Assembly: GCA_027067055.1 (NCBI GenBank)
Contig: JAMOMK010000104.1
Span: 59,572 to 123,571, forward strand
Reading direction: 5' to 3'
DNA length: 64,000 nucleotides
Origin: Lysobacterales bacterium
Lineage (GTDB): Bacteria; Pseudomonadota; Gammaproteobacteria; Xanthomonadales; Marinicellaceae
Position 1 is the first letter of the stretch. Every line of letters starts with the position of its first letter. This document shows positions 51,082 through 59,848 of the stretch, in pieces. Under the pieces are notes generated by a model that worked only from the letters and a program-made list of their open reading frames with translations, had not been told where the DNA came from and did no database searches. The position numbers were made by a program, and so were the translations under genes.

Positions 51082-51404
51082 GATTGCTCTCCATTCGATA
51101 TGAAAGTATCATCATTGGCAGCTTTCTCGTAAAAAGCTGCTAATGAATTTCTTGCTATTTTATGCATGTGTACAGGTAAGATATACCGTCCTGGTCTTGT
51201 TTTAATTGAATCCCTGTCAAGCATCGTGAATCGTATAGTTTCAATTTCCCATCCTTTTAGGATTAATTGTCTTTTAACTTCAGCTACATTCTGAGAGCCT
51301 ACTTTTGGCTTCAGGTCTTTAAGTGTTTCTGTTTTCGCTAATATGAAACTAATTAATCTTGCTTCTCTTTGCGTGTGTATAGGAAGTGTTATATTCTCGT
51401 ACAT
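51078..51404 (-). CDS. Hypothetical island protein (108 aa)
   Basis: ORF, coupled by a 1-nt overlap with the upstream alpA-like gene. Confidence 0.45.
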   Translation of the reverse strand: MYENITLPIHTQREARLISFILAKTETLKDLKPKVGSQNVAEVKRQLILKGWEIETIRFTMLDRDSIKTRPGRYILPVHMHKIARNSLAAFYEKAANDDTFISNGEQS

Positions 51405-51613
51405 TACGCGGCACTCCTATTGTTGTTAATAGAATCAAGCCATGTAAAAAACAGATTTTCATCTATTAAAATTTTCCGACCTATGCGCACGATTACACCA
51501 TGTTTATTTAAGCCGTTTGTTTCAGCGTTAAAGATTAAAGCTCTAATGCCACCATTTGTAAATGCTGTATTGTCATCAAGGAATTGATTGACAGATTTTA
51601 AATTTGTACTCAT
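51404..51613 (-). CDS. AlpA-family phage transcriptional regulator / excisionase-like
   Basis: ..GLNKHGVIVRIGRKILIDENLFFTWL matches the AlpA C-terminal pattern (G.R...W.E.E...W). Confidence 0.5.
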   Translation of the reverse strand: MSTNLKSVNQFLDDNTAFTNGGIRALIFNAETNGLNKHGVIVRIGRKILIDENLFFTWLDSINNNRSAA

Positions 51614-51805
51614 TTGTTCACCTATATAGTAAATTATTAATAATGTAGAAAACTATTCGTTTCTACTGTAATTCACAGCTGTTTAGCAGTTGTGAGTCTA
51701 TCATCATAATGAACTATGTTACCATTTCAAATGGTATTGAAAGTATCGAAATGTATCGATGGTATTGTCAGGTATTTGACATGGTATTAAGGGAAAGTAT
51801 ATGTT

Positions 51806-53095
51806 TCATTTTGCAAAAGAACATAGTTTTGCATCTCTAAAAAATGCATTAATAGTATTAGTTTTACGTGAGTCAAATAACTTTCCACTGAAACAATCAG
51901 GATATTCGTTATCTAAAAAATAATCCTCTAGTTCTTCCCATATTATATTTTTAGTTTTTCCTTGTAGTATAGTTTCTGTAATTCTTGAACATATTTCTAT
52001 GTTTTTAGATGCCAAATAATCTTTAAAAACACTCTCTCTTTGAATTTGTTCTTTTGATTTCTTTTTTTCCTGTTTAATTTTTTGAATGGGGTAATTTTTA
52101 TCTAGCCACTTATTGAATTTAATTGTATCAATTAGAATGTCTGAAATAAAATTATCTATCACTATTGATTTGCTGTGGTTTACCATAAAATCTATTTTTG
52201 TATATCTCTCTATCGCGGTTAGTGTATTTGATGTAATCGAACGTATTAGAAAATTTATTAACTTAACCTTTGTAATCATGTTTTCGTTAAACGTATATTT
52301 GTTGCTATTTGAAATTCTTTTAAAAATCATTTCAATTGCATATGGCACGGTTATGTAATTTTTTATTTCTTCAGTATTTTGTTTTTCTATTCCCTTGATG
52401 AATAAATTGTTAATTCTGTCAACTAGCTCGAGGTGTTCTTCATCTATTTCATCAAAAATTATAAATGCTTTTTTTAATACACCTGCCAATTTCGCATAAG
52501 AAAATATATCTTCATAATAGTAAAATTTTCGAATCTCTGGGAAATCTTTATAACCGATATTAAATGTTCTATTTTTAATACTTTCACAATATTTTTCTTC
52601 TAATATCTTGTCTTCAATTTCTTCATAGGTATATATGTCCGAGCCATATAAAATTTTATTTAAGTTTCTATAACTGACCATTAATTTTTTATGTGTCGAT
52701 TTCTCCCCATCAATTCTTGTATTCAAAATATCGAATATTACATATATATTTTTATCATTAAAACTGTGGTCATCAAGCTTAATACTTGTAGTTTCTGGCA
52801 GGGATGTAAAAGTTTTATCTTTTACCTCAATTATACAAATCGGCTTGTAGTAACCTTTTAGAATAAAGAAATATTCTTTGTCTCTAAAGTTTTTAGCCAC
52901 TACTGAATTATCCCCAGTGTAAAAAGCACCCAGTACTTCACCACTAATATGAAAATATGTATTTTTATCAATTGCTTTTTGGAAAGTTGGTATATTATTA
53001 AATTCAAAAATTACTTGTAATTGATTGGTTTCAATAAACTTGTTTTTTGGTGCTTCCTTAGGTATTTCCATATTTCTATCCAAATATCTTTTCAT
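51806..53095 (-). CDS. Large orphan island protein (429 aa) with an N-terminal ExK-containing beta-strand motif (KPICIIEVKDK)
   Basis: ORF overlapping the integrase 3' end by 20 nt. Extremely AT-rich. Possible PD-(D/E)xK-like motif, weak. Confidence 0.5.
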   Translation of the reverse strand: MKRYLDRNMEIPKEAPKNKFIETNQLQVIFEFNNIPTFQKAIDKNTYFHISGEVLGAFYTGDNSVVAKNFRDKEYFFILKGYYKPICIIEVKDKTFTSLPETTSIKLDDHSFNDKNIYVIFDILNTRIDGEKSTHKKLMVSYRNLNKILYGSDIYTYEEIEDKILEEKYCESIKNRTFNIGYKDFPEIRKFYYYEDIFSYAKLAGVLKKAFIIFDEIDEEHLELVDRINNLFIKGIEKQNTEEIKNYITVPYAIEMIFKRISNSNKYTFNENMITKVKLINFLIRSITSNTLTAIERYTKIDFMVNHSKSIVIDNFISDILIDTIKFNKWLDKNYPIQKIKQEKKKSKEQIQRESVFKDYLASKNIEICSRITETILQGKTKNIIWEELEDYFLDNEYPDCFSGKLFDSRKTNTINAFFRDAKLCSFAK

Positions 53096-54131
53096 TCATA
53101 GAAGCCACCACAGTGCTTGTGTGGCTATCTGATAGGTGTGCGTAACGCTTAACCATTTGTAAGGTCTTATGCCCTAGTATCTCGGCTATCTCAGCTAGGC
53201 TTGCGCCATCCATGGCAAGGTATGAAGCGGCTGAATGTCTAAGGTCGTGAAATTTAAAATCTTCGATTTCTGCCTGTGCCATTAAGTCAGTCCAAATATT
53301 ACGGATAAAATAGGGTGAAGTGGGTTTGTTACCATAGAAAACAAAATTGGTATCAATTCGCCTTATTGAATTATGCTTTTTTAATACTTCAAAGGCATGT
53401 CCTGAAATTGGTATCCTGCGTCTTTCGTCGTTCTTTGATTCGTGAATGATTAAATAACCCTCTCTTAAGTTTAGGTCATTCCATTTAAGATTGAGAATTT
53501 CGCCTTGACGCATTCCTGTGGATAAAGCCAGTACAATAATGGCATAAATATGTGGGTTTTTATATTGGCTTGCAGAATTTAAAAGTCGTTGCCTTTCATC
53601 ATCAGATAGAAACCGTACACGTCCACGCGGTTCTTTGGGTCTTTTAACCTTTCTCATGGGATTGTCATCTATCCATTCCCATTCATTAACTGCGGTGGTA
53701 AATACATGCGATAAAGCAGCCATATAGCGTACAACGGTTGACGGTGAGCGTTTTTTGCCGTTGGGTACTTTTTCAGTTAATAGTTTTTCTTTAATCTCAA
53801 CAATGCGACTTGCATTGATTTCTGATAGTAGATAAACACCCAATTCTTTTTTCCATCTTAATAATTGGGGGGTACGTTGTTTTATGCTTTTGGGTGTTTC
53901 AGGAAGTTTAACCTCTAGGTATCTATCAATCATTTCACCAAAGGTATGCTTTTTGGACTCAATGGTTTTGAAGTGCCTACCATGTCGAATATCGGATTCG
54001 GTATCAGATGCCCACTTTTTTGCATCGGTCAATCTGTGAAAGGTAGCTGTTTGCTGTGGATAGCCTTTTAATCTGATTTGTACTTGATAGGTGGTTTGAC
54101 CTTTAGTGGTTCGCTTTTTGATAGATGCCAT
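53076..54131 (-). CDS. int: Tyrosine-type site-specific integrase (P4-like)
   Basis: N-terminal SAM-like/arm-binding region. Catalytic R..H..R..Y context (HDLRHSAASYLAMDG...GHKTLQMVKRYAHL). Confidence 0.9.
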   Translation of the reverse strand: MASIKKRTTKGQTTYQVQIRLKGYPQQTATFHRLTDAKKWASDTESDIRHGRHFKTIESKKHTFGEMIDRYLEVKLPETPKSIKQRTPQLLRWKKELGVYLLSEINASRIVEIKEKLLTEKVPNGKKRSPSTVVRYMAALSHVFTTAVNEWEWIDDNPMRKVKRPKEPRGRVRFLSDDERQRLLNSASQYKNPHIYAIIVLALSTGMRQGEILNLKWNDLNLREGYLIIHESKNDERRRIPISGHAFEVLKKHNSIRRIDTNFVFYGNKPTSPYFIRNIWTDLMAQAEIEDFKFHDLRHSAASYLAMDGASLAEIAEILGHKTLQMVKRYAHLSDSHTSTVVASMNEKIFG

Positions 54132-54528
54132 TTGTATAATCCTTATTAACTAAGGACATTGTATAGTAAGTGACAATTAAACACAACATCGGATTAATAA
54201 TCCTAGTGTATAAAATGCACCATCCTTGCTATATAAGGCTTTTATCCTTGTTTGTGCAACGTTTTAGGTAATTTGCCACACTTGCAACACACTCACAACG
54301 AAAAACAAGCCACCACAGGTAAAATTTTTACCCTTTAAGTATTGAATTTTCAAGTACTGCACAGGCAATGGATTTAATTAAAAGTTGATTATGGTTTGAT
54401 GTGAATTGTTACTAAATAACGTGATTTCTTATTTTCAAGTGTGTTGAAAGTGTGGCATTTATAAAAAACAATAAGTTTTCATATTGTTTTTTATTGGTGT
54501 AAGTGATTGATTTGTAACGTTTAAAAAA

Positions 54529-54604
54529 TGGTGCCCGGTCTCGGAATCGAACCAAGGACACGAGGATTTTCAATCCTCTGCTCTACCGACTGAGCTAACC
54601 GGGC
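54529..54604 (-). tRNA. tRNA-Phe (GAA)
   Basis: Reverse complement GCCCGGTTAGCTCAGTCGGTAGAGCAGAGGATTGAAAATCCTCGTGTCCTTGGTTCGATTCCGAGACCGGGCACCA is near-identical to E. coli tRNA-Phe. Confidence 0.95.
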
Positions 54605-54784
54605 ATCTTTTTTCGTTTCATTTGCAAAGAAGAAATCTTCACAACCTGAATTGAACGCGCATTATATTTAGCAAAATACATACTGTCAAACTTTATTTTT
54701 GAAATTGTGCTAATAATGGAAGCATGAATGCTTAGTTGCGTTATTGTAAAATCTATATAAGGAGATACAGTATTTTAAAATCTA

Positions 54785-55051
54785 TTAATCCTCTGGCGTA
54801 TATCCTTCTACTGGTTCTACACCTCCATCAAAAAAGAATTTTTGCATGGCGCCTTCTATGCGCTTTCTGTCTTTTGGTTTGATTGGTGATAATCTATTTT
54901 CATTAATGAACATCACTTGGTAGCTTAACCATTCTTGCCAAAATTTTTGTGAGACTTCGCTATGAATTCGTTGACCGAGTTCTCCTGGGTAAGGAACATA
55001 GTCCATGGCTTGTTGGTTTTCACCGTATTTGATGCAGTTAATAGTGCGCAT
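54785..55051 (-). CDS. yggX: Fe(2+)-trafficking protein YggX
   Basis: ..PYPGELGQRIH.EVS...W.EWL..Q.M.INE..L matches the YggX pattern. Confidence 0.75.
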   Translation of the reverse strand: MRTINCIKYGENQQAMDYVPYPGELGQRIHSEVSQKFWQEWLSYQVMFINENRLSPIKPKDRKRIEGAMQKFFFDGGVEPVEGYTPED

Positions 55052-55141
55052 AGTTTGCTTTGATGAGTAATTGGCTTAATTTTATGGTGTATTGCCTGTA
55101 AATAAAAGATAATACGCGTCAATTTTAACGATATGTATTAA

Positions 55142-56578
55142 ATGCTCAATACTGTAAAAGCTCAATTACTCGAAGCAGGTGGTTTGGATGAGTCCAAACT
55201 TGAAACTGCTCTTTCCCATTGTTTATCCAAAGGCGGCGATTTTGCCGACCTTTATTTTCAATCATCCCGAACTGAATCATGGATGTTAGAAGACACTAAA
55301 GTCAAAAACGGAAGCCACAGCATTGATGCTGGGGTTGGGGTTCGGGTTAACAAAGGTGAAAAAACGGGCTTTGCTTATTCTGATGCCATGACTAATGAAG
55401 GCATGATGAGCGCCGTCAAAACTGCAAGTTCCATTGCTAAAGCCAATAAAGAAGTTGCTCCTGTTAAGGTTTTAGCTGTTGAAACACCACAAATTTACAC
55501 AGGTCAAGATGTACTTACAGGCGTGACCAATAATGAAATCATCGCCTTGCTCAATCAAATGGATGCCACTGCACGCAAAGCTGATCCTCGTATTTCAAAA
55601 GTAATATGTTCGGTATCAACTTCGCAAGAGTACATTTTAGTCGCTGCCAGTGATGGCACTTTAGCTGCCGATATTCGCCCTTTGTGCAAGTTAAGCATTC
55701 AAGTCATTGCTAATGACGGCAAAGGTCGTATGGAAATTGGCTTTTCTGGTGGCGGCGGTCGCATGACTTTGGATGAATTATTCAAACAAGGTGTGGATGA
55801 AACTTTTATCAATCAAGCAGTCAAGTCTGCATTAATCAATTTAGAAGCTGTTGCCGCACCTGCTGGTGATATGCCAGTGGTCTTGGGCGCAGGGTGGCCT
55901 GGGGTTTTATTGCATGAAGCCATCGGTCACGGACTTGAGGGCGACTTTAATCGCAAAGGTACATCGGCATTTTCTGGCAAAGTCGGGCAACGTGTTGCCA
56001 GTGATGTTTGTACGATTATTGATTCGGGCATTTTACCTAATCGACGTGGCTCATTGACTATTGACGATGAAGGCACACCAGCTCAAGAGAATGTCTTAAT
56101 CGAAAACGGCATCTTAAAAGGTTATATGCAAGATAAGCTTAATGCCCGATTAATGGGTGTCAAACCCACAGGTAATGGCAGACGTGAAACCTTCGGACAT
56201 TTACCGATTCCTCGCATGACCAATACTTATATGCTACCTGGTAAATATGAACACGAAGAAATCATCGCCTCGGTCAAAAAAGGCATTTATGCCGAAAATT
56301 TCCGTGGCGGACAAGTGGATATCACTAATGGCAAATTCGTCTTTTCTGCTAGCGATGCCTTTATGATAGAAAATGGAAAAATCACCAAACCCGTCAAAGG
56401 TGTGACCCTAATCGGTGATGGCCCAACCGTATTGACCAAAGTTTCTATGGTGGGTAATAATTTAGAATTTGACCAAGGCATGGGTGTTTGTGGCAAAGAC
56501 GGACAATCCTTACCCGTAGGCATCGGACAACCCACTTTAAAAGTAGATTCATTGACAGTTGGTGGGACGGAGTTTTAA
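55142..56578 (+). CDS. tldD: Metalloprotease TldD
   Basis: N-terminus ..[18 protein letters not shown], HExxxGH-like [16 protein letters not shown]. Confidence 0.9.
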   Translation: MLNTVKAQLLEAGGLDESKLETALSHCLSKGGDFADLYFQSSRTESWMLEDTKVKNGSHSIDAGVGVRVNKGEKTGFAYSDAMTNEGMMSAVKTASSIAKANKEVAPVKVLAVETPQIYTGQDVLTGVTNNEIIALLNQMDATARKADPRISKVICSVSTSQEYILVAASDGTLAADIRPLCKLSIQVIANDGKGRMEIGFSGGGGRMTLDELFKQGVDETFINQAVKSALINLEAVAAPAGDMPVVLGAGWPGVLLHEAIGHGLEGDFNRKGTSAFSGKVGQRVASDVCTIIDSGILPNRRGSLTIDDEGTPAQENVLIENGILKGYMQDKLNARLMGVKPTGNGRRETFGHLPIPRMTNTYMLPGKYEHEEIIASVKKGIYAENFRGGQVDITNGKFVFSASDAFMIENGKITKPVKGVTLIGDGPTVLTKVSMVGNNLEFDQGMGVCGKDGQSLPVGIGQPTLKVDSLTVGGTEF

Positions 56579-56624
56579 AGGAAAGACATTAGTAATATAC
56601 AAAATTATGTAGGATATTAAACAA

Positions 56625-57284
56625 ATGAATAATGAAATATGGAAAAGTTGGATTAATAGAATTAATTGGATTCTTCAAATTGCCAAAAAAAGAAACTGGG
56701 ATTATTCAGAACTAGTTATAAAAAAGCCTGTATCAGAAAAAGATATTACAATTCTTGAAAGAGAATTAAATATTGAATACCCAGTTGATTTTAAAAGCAT
56801 CCTTACAAATTATTCATCTGGATTATTAATGCATTGGCAAATTGAAGGCAAAGAAACTGAAGATGATTTTAGAGAAATATTTTGTGGTGGTGGTCGTGGG
56901 TATTTATGGGATTTTAGTTCTTTAAGAGGAGACTTTCACAGTATTCAAAGTTGGATAAAAGAATGTTTTCCTAATTCAGACAATGAATATGATAAAATCT
57001 GGCATAACAAGATACCATTTTTAGATGTTCCAAATGGAGATATTATTGCTTTTGGTAAAAAAACAGAGTATGGAAACCAAGTTGTATATTTGAGTCATGA
57101 TGGTGATGATTTTCATGGTCAAGTTTTAGGTGATAATTTTATTGATTTTATAAATAGGTGGACTCAATTAGGATGTATTGGTAGTGAAGGTTGGCAGTTT
57201 GAACCATTTTATAGCTATGAAAAAAGACAGTTGCTATACGATACTTCCATACTAGAAAAGTGGAAAGCTTGGTTAGAAAAATAA
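56625..57284 (+). CDS. SMI1/KNR4 (SUKH-1) family immunity-type protein
   Basis: ..ITILERELNIEYPVDFKSIL.. is the SUKH N-terminal signature. Inserted between tldD and the yjgA-pmbA locus. Confidence 0.65.
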   Translation: MNNEIWKSWINRINWILQIAKKRNWDYSELVIKKPVSEKDITILERELNIEYPVDFKSILTNYSSGLLMHWQIEGKETEDDFREIFCGGGRGYLWDFSSLRGDFHSIQSWIKECFPNSDNEYDKIWHNKIPFLDVPNGDIIAFGKKTEYGNQVVYLSHDGDDFHGQVLGDNFIDFINRWTQLGCIGSEGWQFEPFYSYEKRQLLYDTSILEKWKAWLEK

Positions 57285-57406
57285 CTTTGCACTCAATATT
57301 AAGCTAATATAATACAGGGAATGCTAGAGAATCACTCTTGAATTGTTTGACGAATTTATTTTAATTGTATATACTTGTAATATATACATCATTATGGATA
57401 TCAAAA

Positions 57407-57655
57407 ATGTCATCAGGTTCAGTCTTTCTCAATAATAAAACCCAAGCGGTGCGTCTCCCTAAAGATTCTAAATTTCCTGATGGTATTAAAAAAGTCAATG
57501 TGCGTAAGTTAGGGGTTGATCGCATACTTTCTCCGATTGATAAGATTTGGGATAGTTTCTTTTTGTCGGATGATAACGTTAGTGATGATTTCATGTCTGA
57601 ACGTGAAAAATCTCAATCTGATAAACAAGAGCACGAAGAAAGAGAGTCTTTTTGA
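57407..57655 (+). CDS. vapB: VapB/VagC-type antitoxin (SpoVT/AbrB fold)
   Basis: KTQAVRLPKD.. swapped-hairpin motif. 4-nt overlap with the vapC start. Confidence 0.7.
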   Translation: MSSGSVFLNNKTQAVRLPKDSKFPDGIKKVNVRKLGVDRILSPIDKIWDSFFLSDDNVSDDFMSEREKSQSDKQEHEERESF

Positions 57656-58053
57656 TGTTAAAATACATGCTTGATACCAACATTGTTATTTATATTATTA
57701 AACGAAAGCCCATCGAAGTCCTAGAAAAATTTAATCAAAATGCTTTGAGAATTTGTGTAAGTTCAATCACTTATGCAGAACTTATTTATGGGGTTGAAAA
57801 AAGTGCGAAAGCAGCCCATAACCTCCGCCATGTTGAAGATTTTATTTCACGTCTTGAAGTGCTAGATTATGGGATGAAAGCAGCTAATCATTATGGTGAA
57901 ATTCGAAGTAATTTAGAAAAGGTAGGTCAACCCATTGGTCCAAATGATTTACATATCGCTGCCCATGCACGAAGTGAAGGTTTAGTTTTGGTGTCAAATA
58001 ACCTTAAAGAATTTAATAGAGTGAATGGTTTACGTTTGGAGAATTGGCTTTAA
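57652..58053 (+). CDS. vapC: PIN-domain toxin VapC
   Basis: MLDTNIVIY..., conserved acidic residues, ..LVSNN.KEF.RV C-terminus. Confidence 0.85.
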   Translation: MMLKYMLDTNIVIYIIKRKPIEVLEKFNQNALRICVSSITYAELIYGVEKSAKAAHNLRHVEDFISRLEVLDYGMKAANHYGEIRSNLEKVGQPIGPNDLHIAAHARSEGLVLVSNNLKEFNRVNGLRLENWL

Positions 58054-58054
58054 A

Positions 58055-58540
58055 ATGATTAGAAACTACCACCCAAAAGACTTACAAAGCATTGTTGATA
58101 TATTAAATTATTACGTCAAAAATGATGTCTGTATCTTTCAGGTAGAGCCTTACAGCTTTGAAGAGATTGAAAGTAAGTTTAAAAGTATTCTTCCAGCTTA
58201 TCCATTTTTTGTACAAGAATACAATGATAAAGTGGTTGCTTTTGCCTACGGAGCGCAGTGGCGAGATAAACCAGCTTACGCCCAATCAGTTGAAACCACT
58301 ATTTATGTGCATCCCGATTATAAACACTCTGGTATTGGTGAGCCTCTCTATCAAAAACTCATCGACAAGTTAACTGAAATGGAGTTTCATCTACTGGTTG
58401 CTGGCATGACTATGCCAAATCCAGGTAGTCAACGATTGCATGAAAAGCTGGGTTTTGAGAAGGTCGGCGAGTTTAAAGATGCTGGTATGAAGTTTAGACA
58501 ATGGCACAATGTTGGGTTTTGGCAGATGGTTTTGGAATGA
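58055..58540 (+). CDS. GNAT N-acetyltransferase of the phosphinothricin/MSO acetyltransferase (PAT/YncA) family
   Basis: ..VYVHPDYKHSGIGEPLYQKLID......HLLVAGM...N..S..LHEKLGFEKVG (acetyl-CoA binding Q/RxxGxG/A). Confidence 0.8.
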   Translation: MIRNYHPKDLQSIVDILNYYVKNDVCIFQVEPYSFEEIESKFKSILPAYPFFVQEYNDKVVAFAYGAQWRDKPAYAQSVETTIYVHPDYKHSGIGEPLYQKLIDKLTEMEFHLLVAGMTMPNPGSQRLHEKLGFEKVGEFKDAGMKFRQWHNVGFWQMVLE

Positions 58541-58576
58541 AATCTGTTGAGCTTTGTTCTTAAGTTGTAGAACCCC

Positions 58577-58675
58577 CCCCTCAATCCCCCTTTGCAAAGG
58601 GGGAGGAATGAGTTATTATTTAGAACCCGTTATAGCTCCCTCCTTTGCAAAGGAGGCCTGGGGAGGATTTCCTAC
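58577..58675. repeat. Compound palindromic GC-rich repeat, copy A (arms CCCCCTTTGCAAAGGGGG and CCTCCTTTGCAAAGGAGG)
   Basis: Read directly. Direct-orientation duplicate at 59141-59280. Confidence 0.8.
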
Positions 58676-58703
58676 ATGACAACGCATGATTTAAAAGAAC
58701 ACT

Positions 58704-59075
58704 ATGCTCAAATATAACAAAAACAATAAACAGAATGCTCGCAGTTTACGCAAAAACATGACAGATGCAGAGCGAGTTGTTTGGTCTCGAATTAGGAGAA
58801 AGCAATTATTGGGCGTTCAATTTTATCGGCAAAAGTCAATTGCTGATTTTATTGTGGATTTTTATGCGCCTTCAATCAAGTTGGTAATAGAAATTGATGG
58901 TTCTCAGCATTATGAACAAGAACATCTATTGCGAGATAAACAACGCGATAGTGCTTTAACCAAATTAGGTTTACGTGTTTTTCGTTATGATAATCGGCAA
59001 GTTTTGACACAGACAGATGATGTTATTGAATCAATTTTTCAGGTGGTTTCGAGTAATTTTGAAAATACAGAGTAA
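58704..59075 (+). CDS. DUF559 (Vsr-like endonuclease fold) domain protein
   Basis: ..MTDAERVVWSRIR..Q..GVQFYRQKSIADFIVDFYAPS.KLVIEIDGSQH.. is the DUF559 signature. Confidence 0.75.
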   Translation: MLKYNKNNKQNARSLRKNMTDAERVVWSRIRRKQLLGVQFYRQKSIADFIVDFYAPSIKLVIEIDGSQHYEQEHLLRDKQRDSALTKLGLRVFRYDNRQVLTQTDDVIESIFQVVSSNFENTE

Positions 59076-59140
59076 TACCATGACAAATGTGGAATGTTTA
59101 AAACAGCAAGAATTAGATAGTAATATGCTGAGAGAAAATC

Positions 59141-59280
59141 CCCCTCAATCCCCCTTTGCAAAGGGGGAGGAATGAGTTATATTTTAGAACTCGATTTTGT
59201 TATCTGAATGAAATTAGTTATATTTGAAACTGGATTCAACTCCCTCCTTTGCAAAGGAGGGCTGGGGAGGATTTTCTACA
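59141..59280. repeat. Compound palindromic GC-rich repeat, copy B (same arms as copy A, longer AT-rich spacer)
   Basis: Read directly. Confidence 0.8.
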
Positions 59281-59312
59281 ATTTAATGCAAAACTATCAA
59301 AGAATAAAATAA

Positions 59313-59840
59313 TTAAACATTCGGCAATGGTTCATTATTATCCATCATTCTTAGGTATTCAAATACTTTGCGACGGTTTCTTTTGGTATTGGCATTTTCT
59401 TTACTGGCTGCGCGGACTAATTGGCGTAGCGTTTGGATATCGCCGTGGTCGTGGGTTTCATACAAACTAGCAATAAGGTCGTTATCTTCTAAGACTTTTT
59501 CTTGCCACATTTGTAGGAAAGGTTGTCGGATCAGACCTGCTTCATGGTTTTTTTCTTGTAATTCTAGTGCTTCAATTACCGCTGGATGATCAGTTTTTAG
59601 CAGTAATTTACCGATAAACTGAAAGTGGCGCTTACGGGCAATATTACTTTTTATTTTCTTTGATGCAACAATCGCATCGATGATGGATTCTGTGATTGGT
59701 AGTTCAATCATTATAGAATGCTTCATTTCTGCTAATTTATGTGCCAAATCAACCATAGAATGTGCATAATGTTTTTTTTGTGTGCGCGAATCGAACTCGA
59801 TTTCGTTGTCGCTTGAACTGTTTGTTAAACCTTTTACCAT
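59313..59840 (-). CDS. yjgA: Ribosome-associated protein YjgA (DUF615/DarP)
   Basis: Divergent from pmbA as in E. coli. ..RQ.QFIGKLLL pattern. Confidence 0.75.
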   Translation of the reverse strand: MVKGLTNSSSDNEIEFDSRTQKKHYAHSMVDLAHKLAEMKHSIMIELPITESIIDAIVASKKIKSNIARKRHFQFIGKLLLKTDHPAVIEALELQEKNHEAGLIRQPFLQMWQEKVLEDNDLIASLYETHDHGDIQTLRQLVRAASKENANTKRNRRKVFEYLRMMDNNEPLPNV

Positions 59841-59848
59841 GAAACTAT

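Larger units (their letters stand above)
47611..54604. mobile_element. tRNA-Phe-integrated genomic island / phage-satellite-like element (about 6.9 kb) bounded by attL/attR direct repeats
   Basis: Tyrosine integrase adjacent to the intact tRNA, a partial tRNA duplicate at the far end, AlpA-like and TerS-like genes, and very AT-rich cargo. Confidence 0.75.

Noticed and set aside
58577-59280. Possible CRISPR array
   Set aside because: There are only two repeat copies. The 'spacer' is a 372-bp protein-coding gene (DUF559). The repeats are compound palindromes of 99 and 140 bp, not 28-37-bp CRISPR repeats. No cas genes are present.
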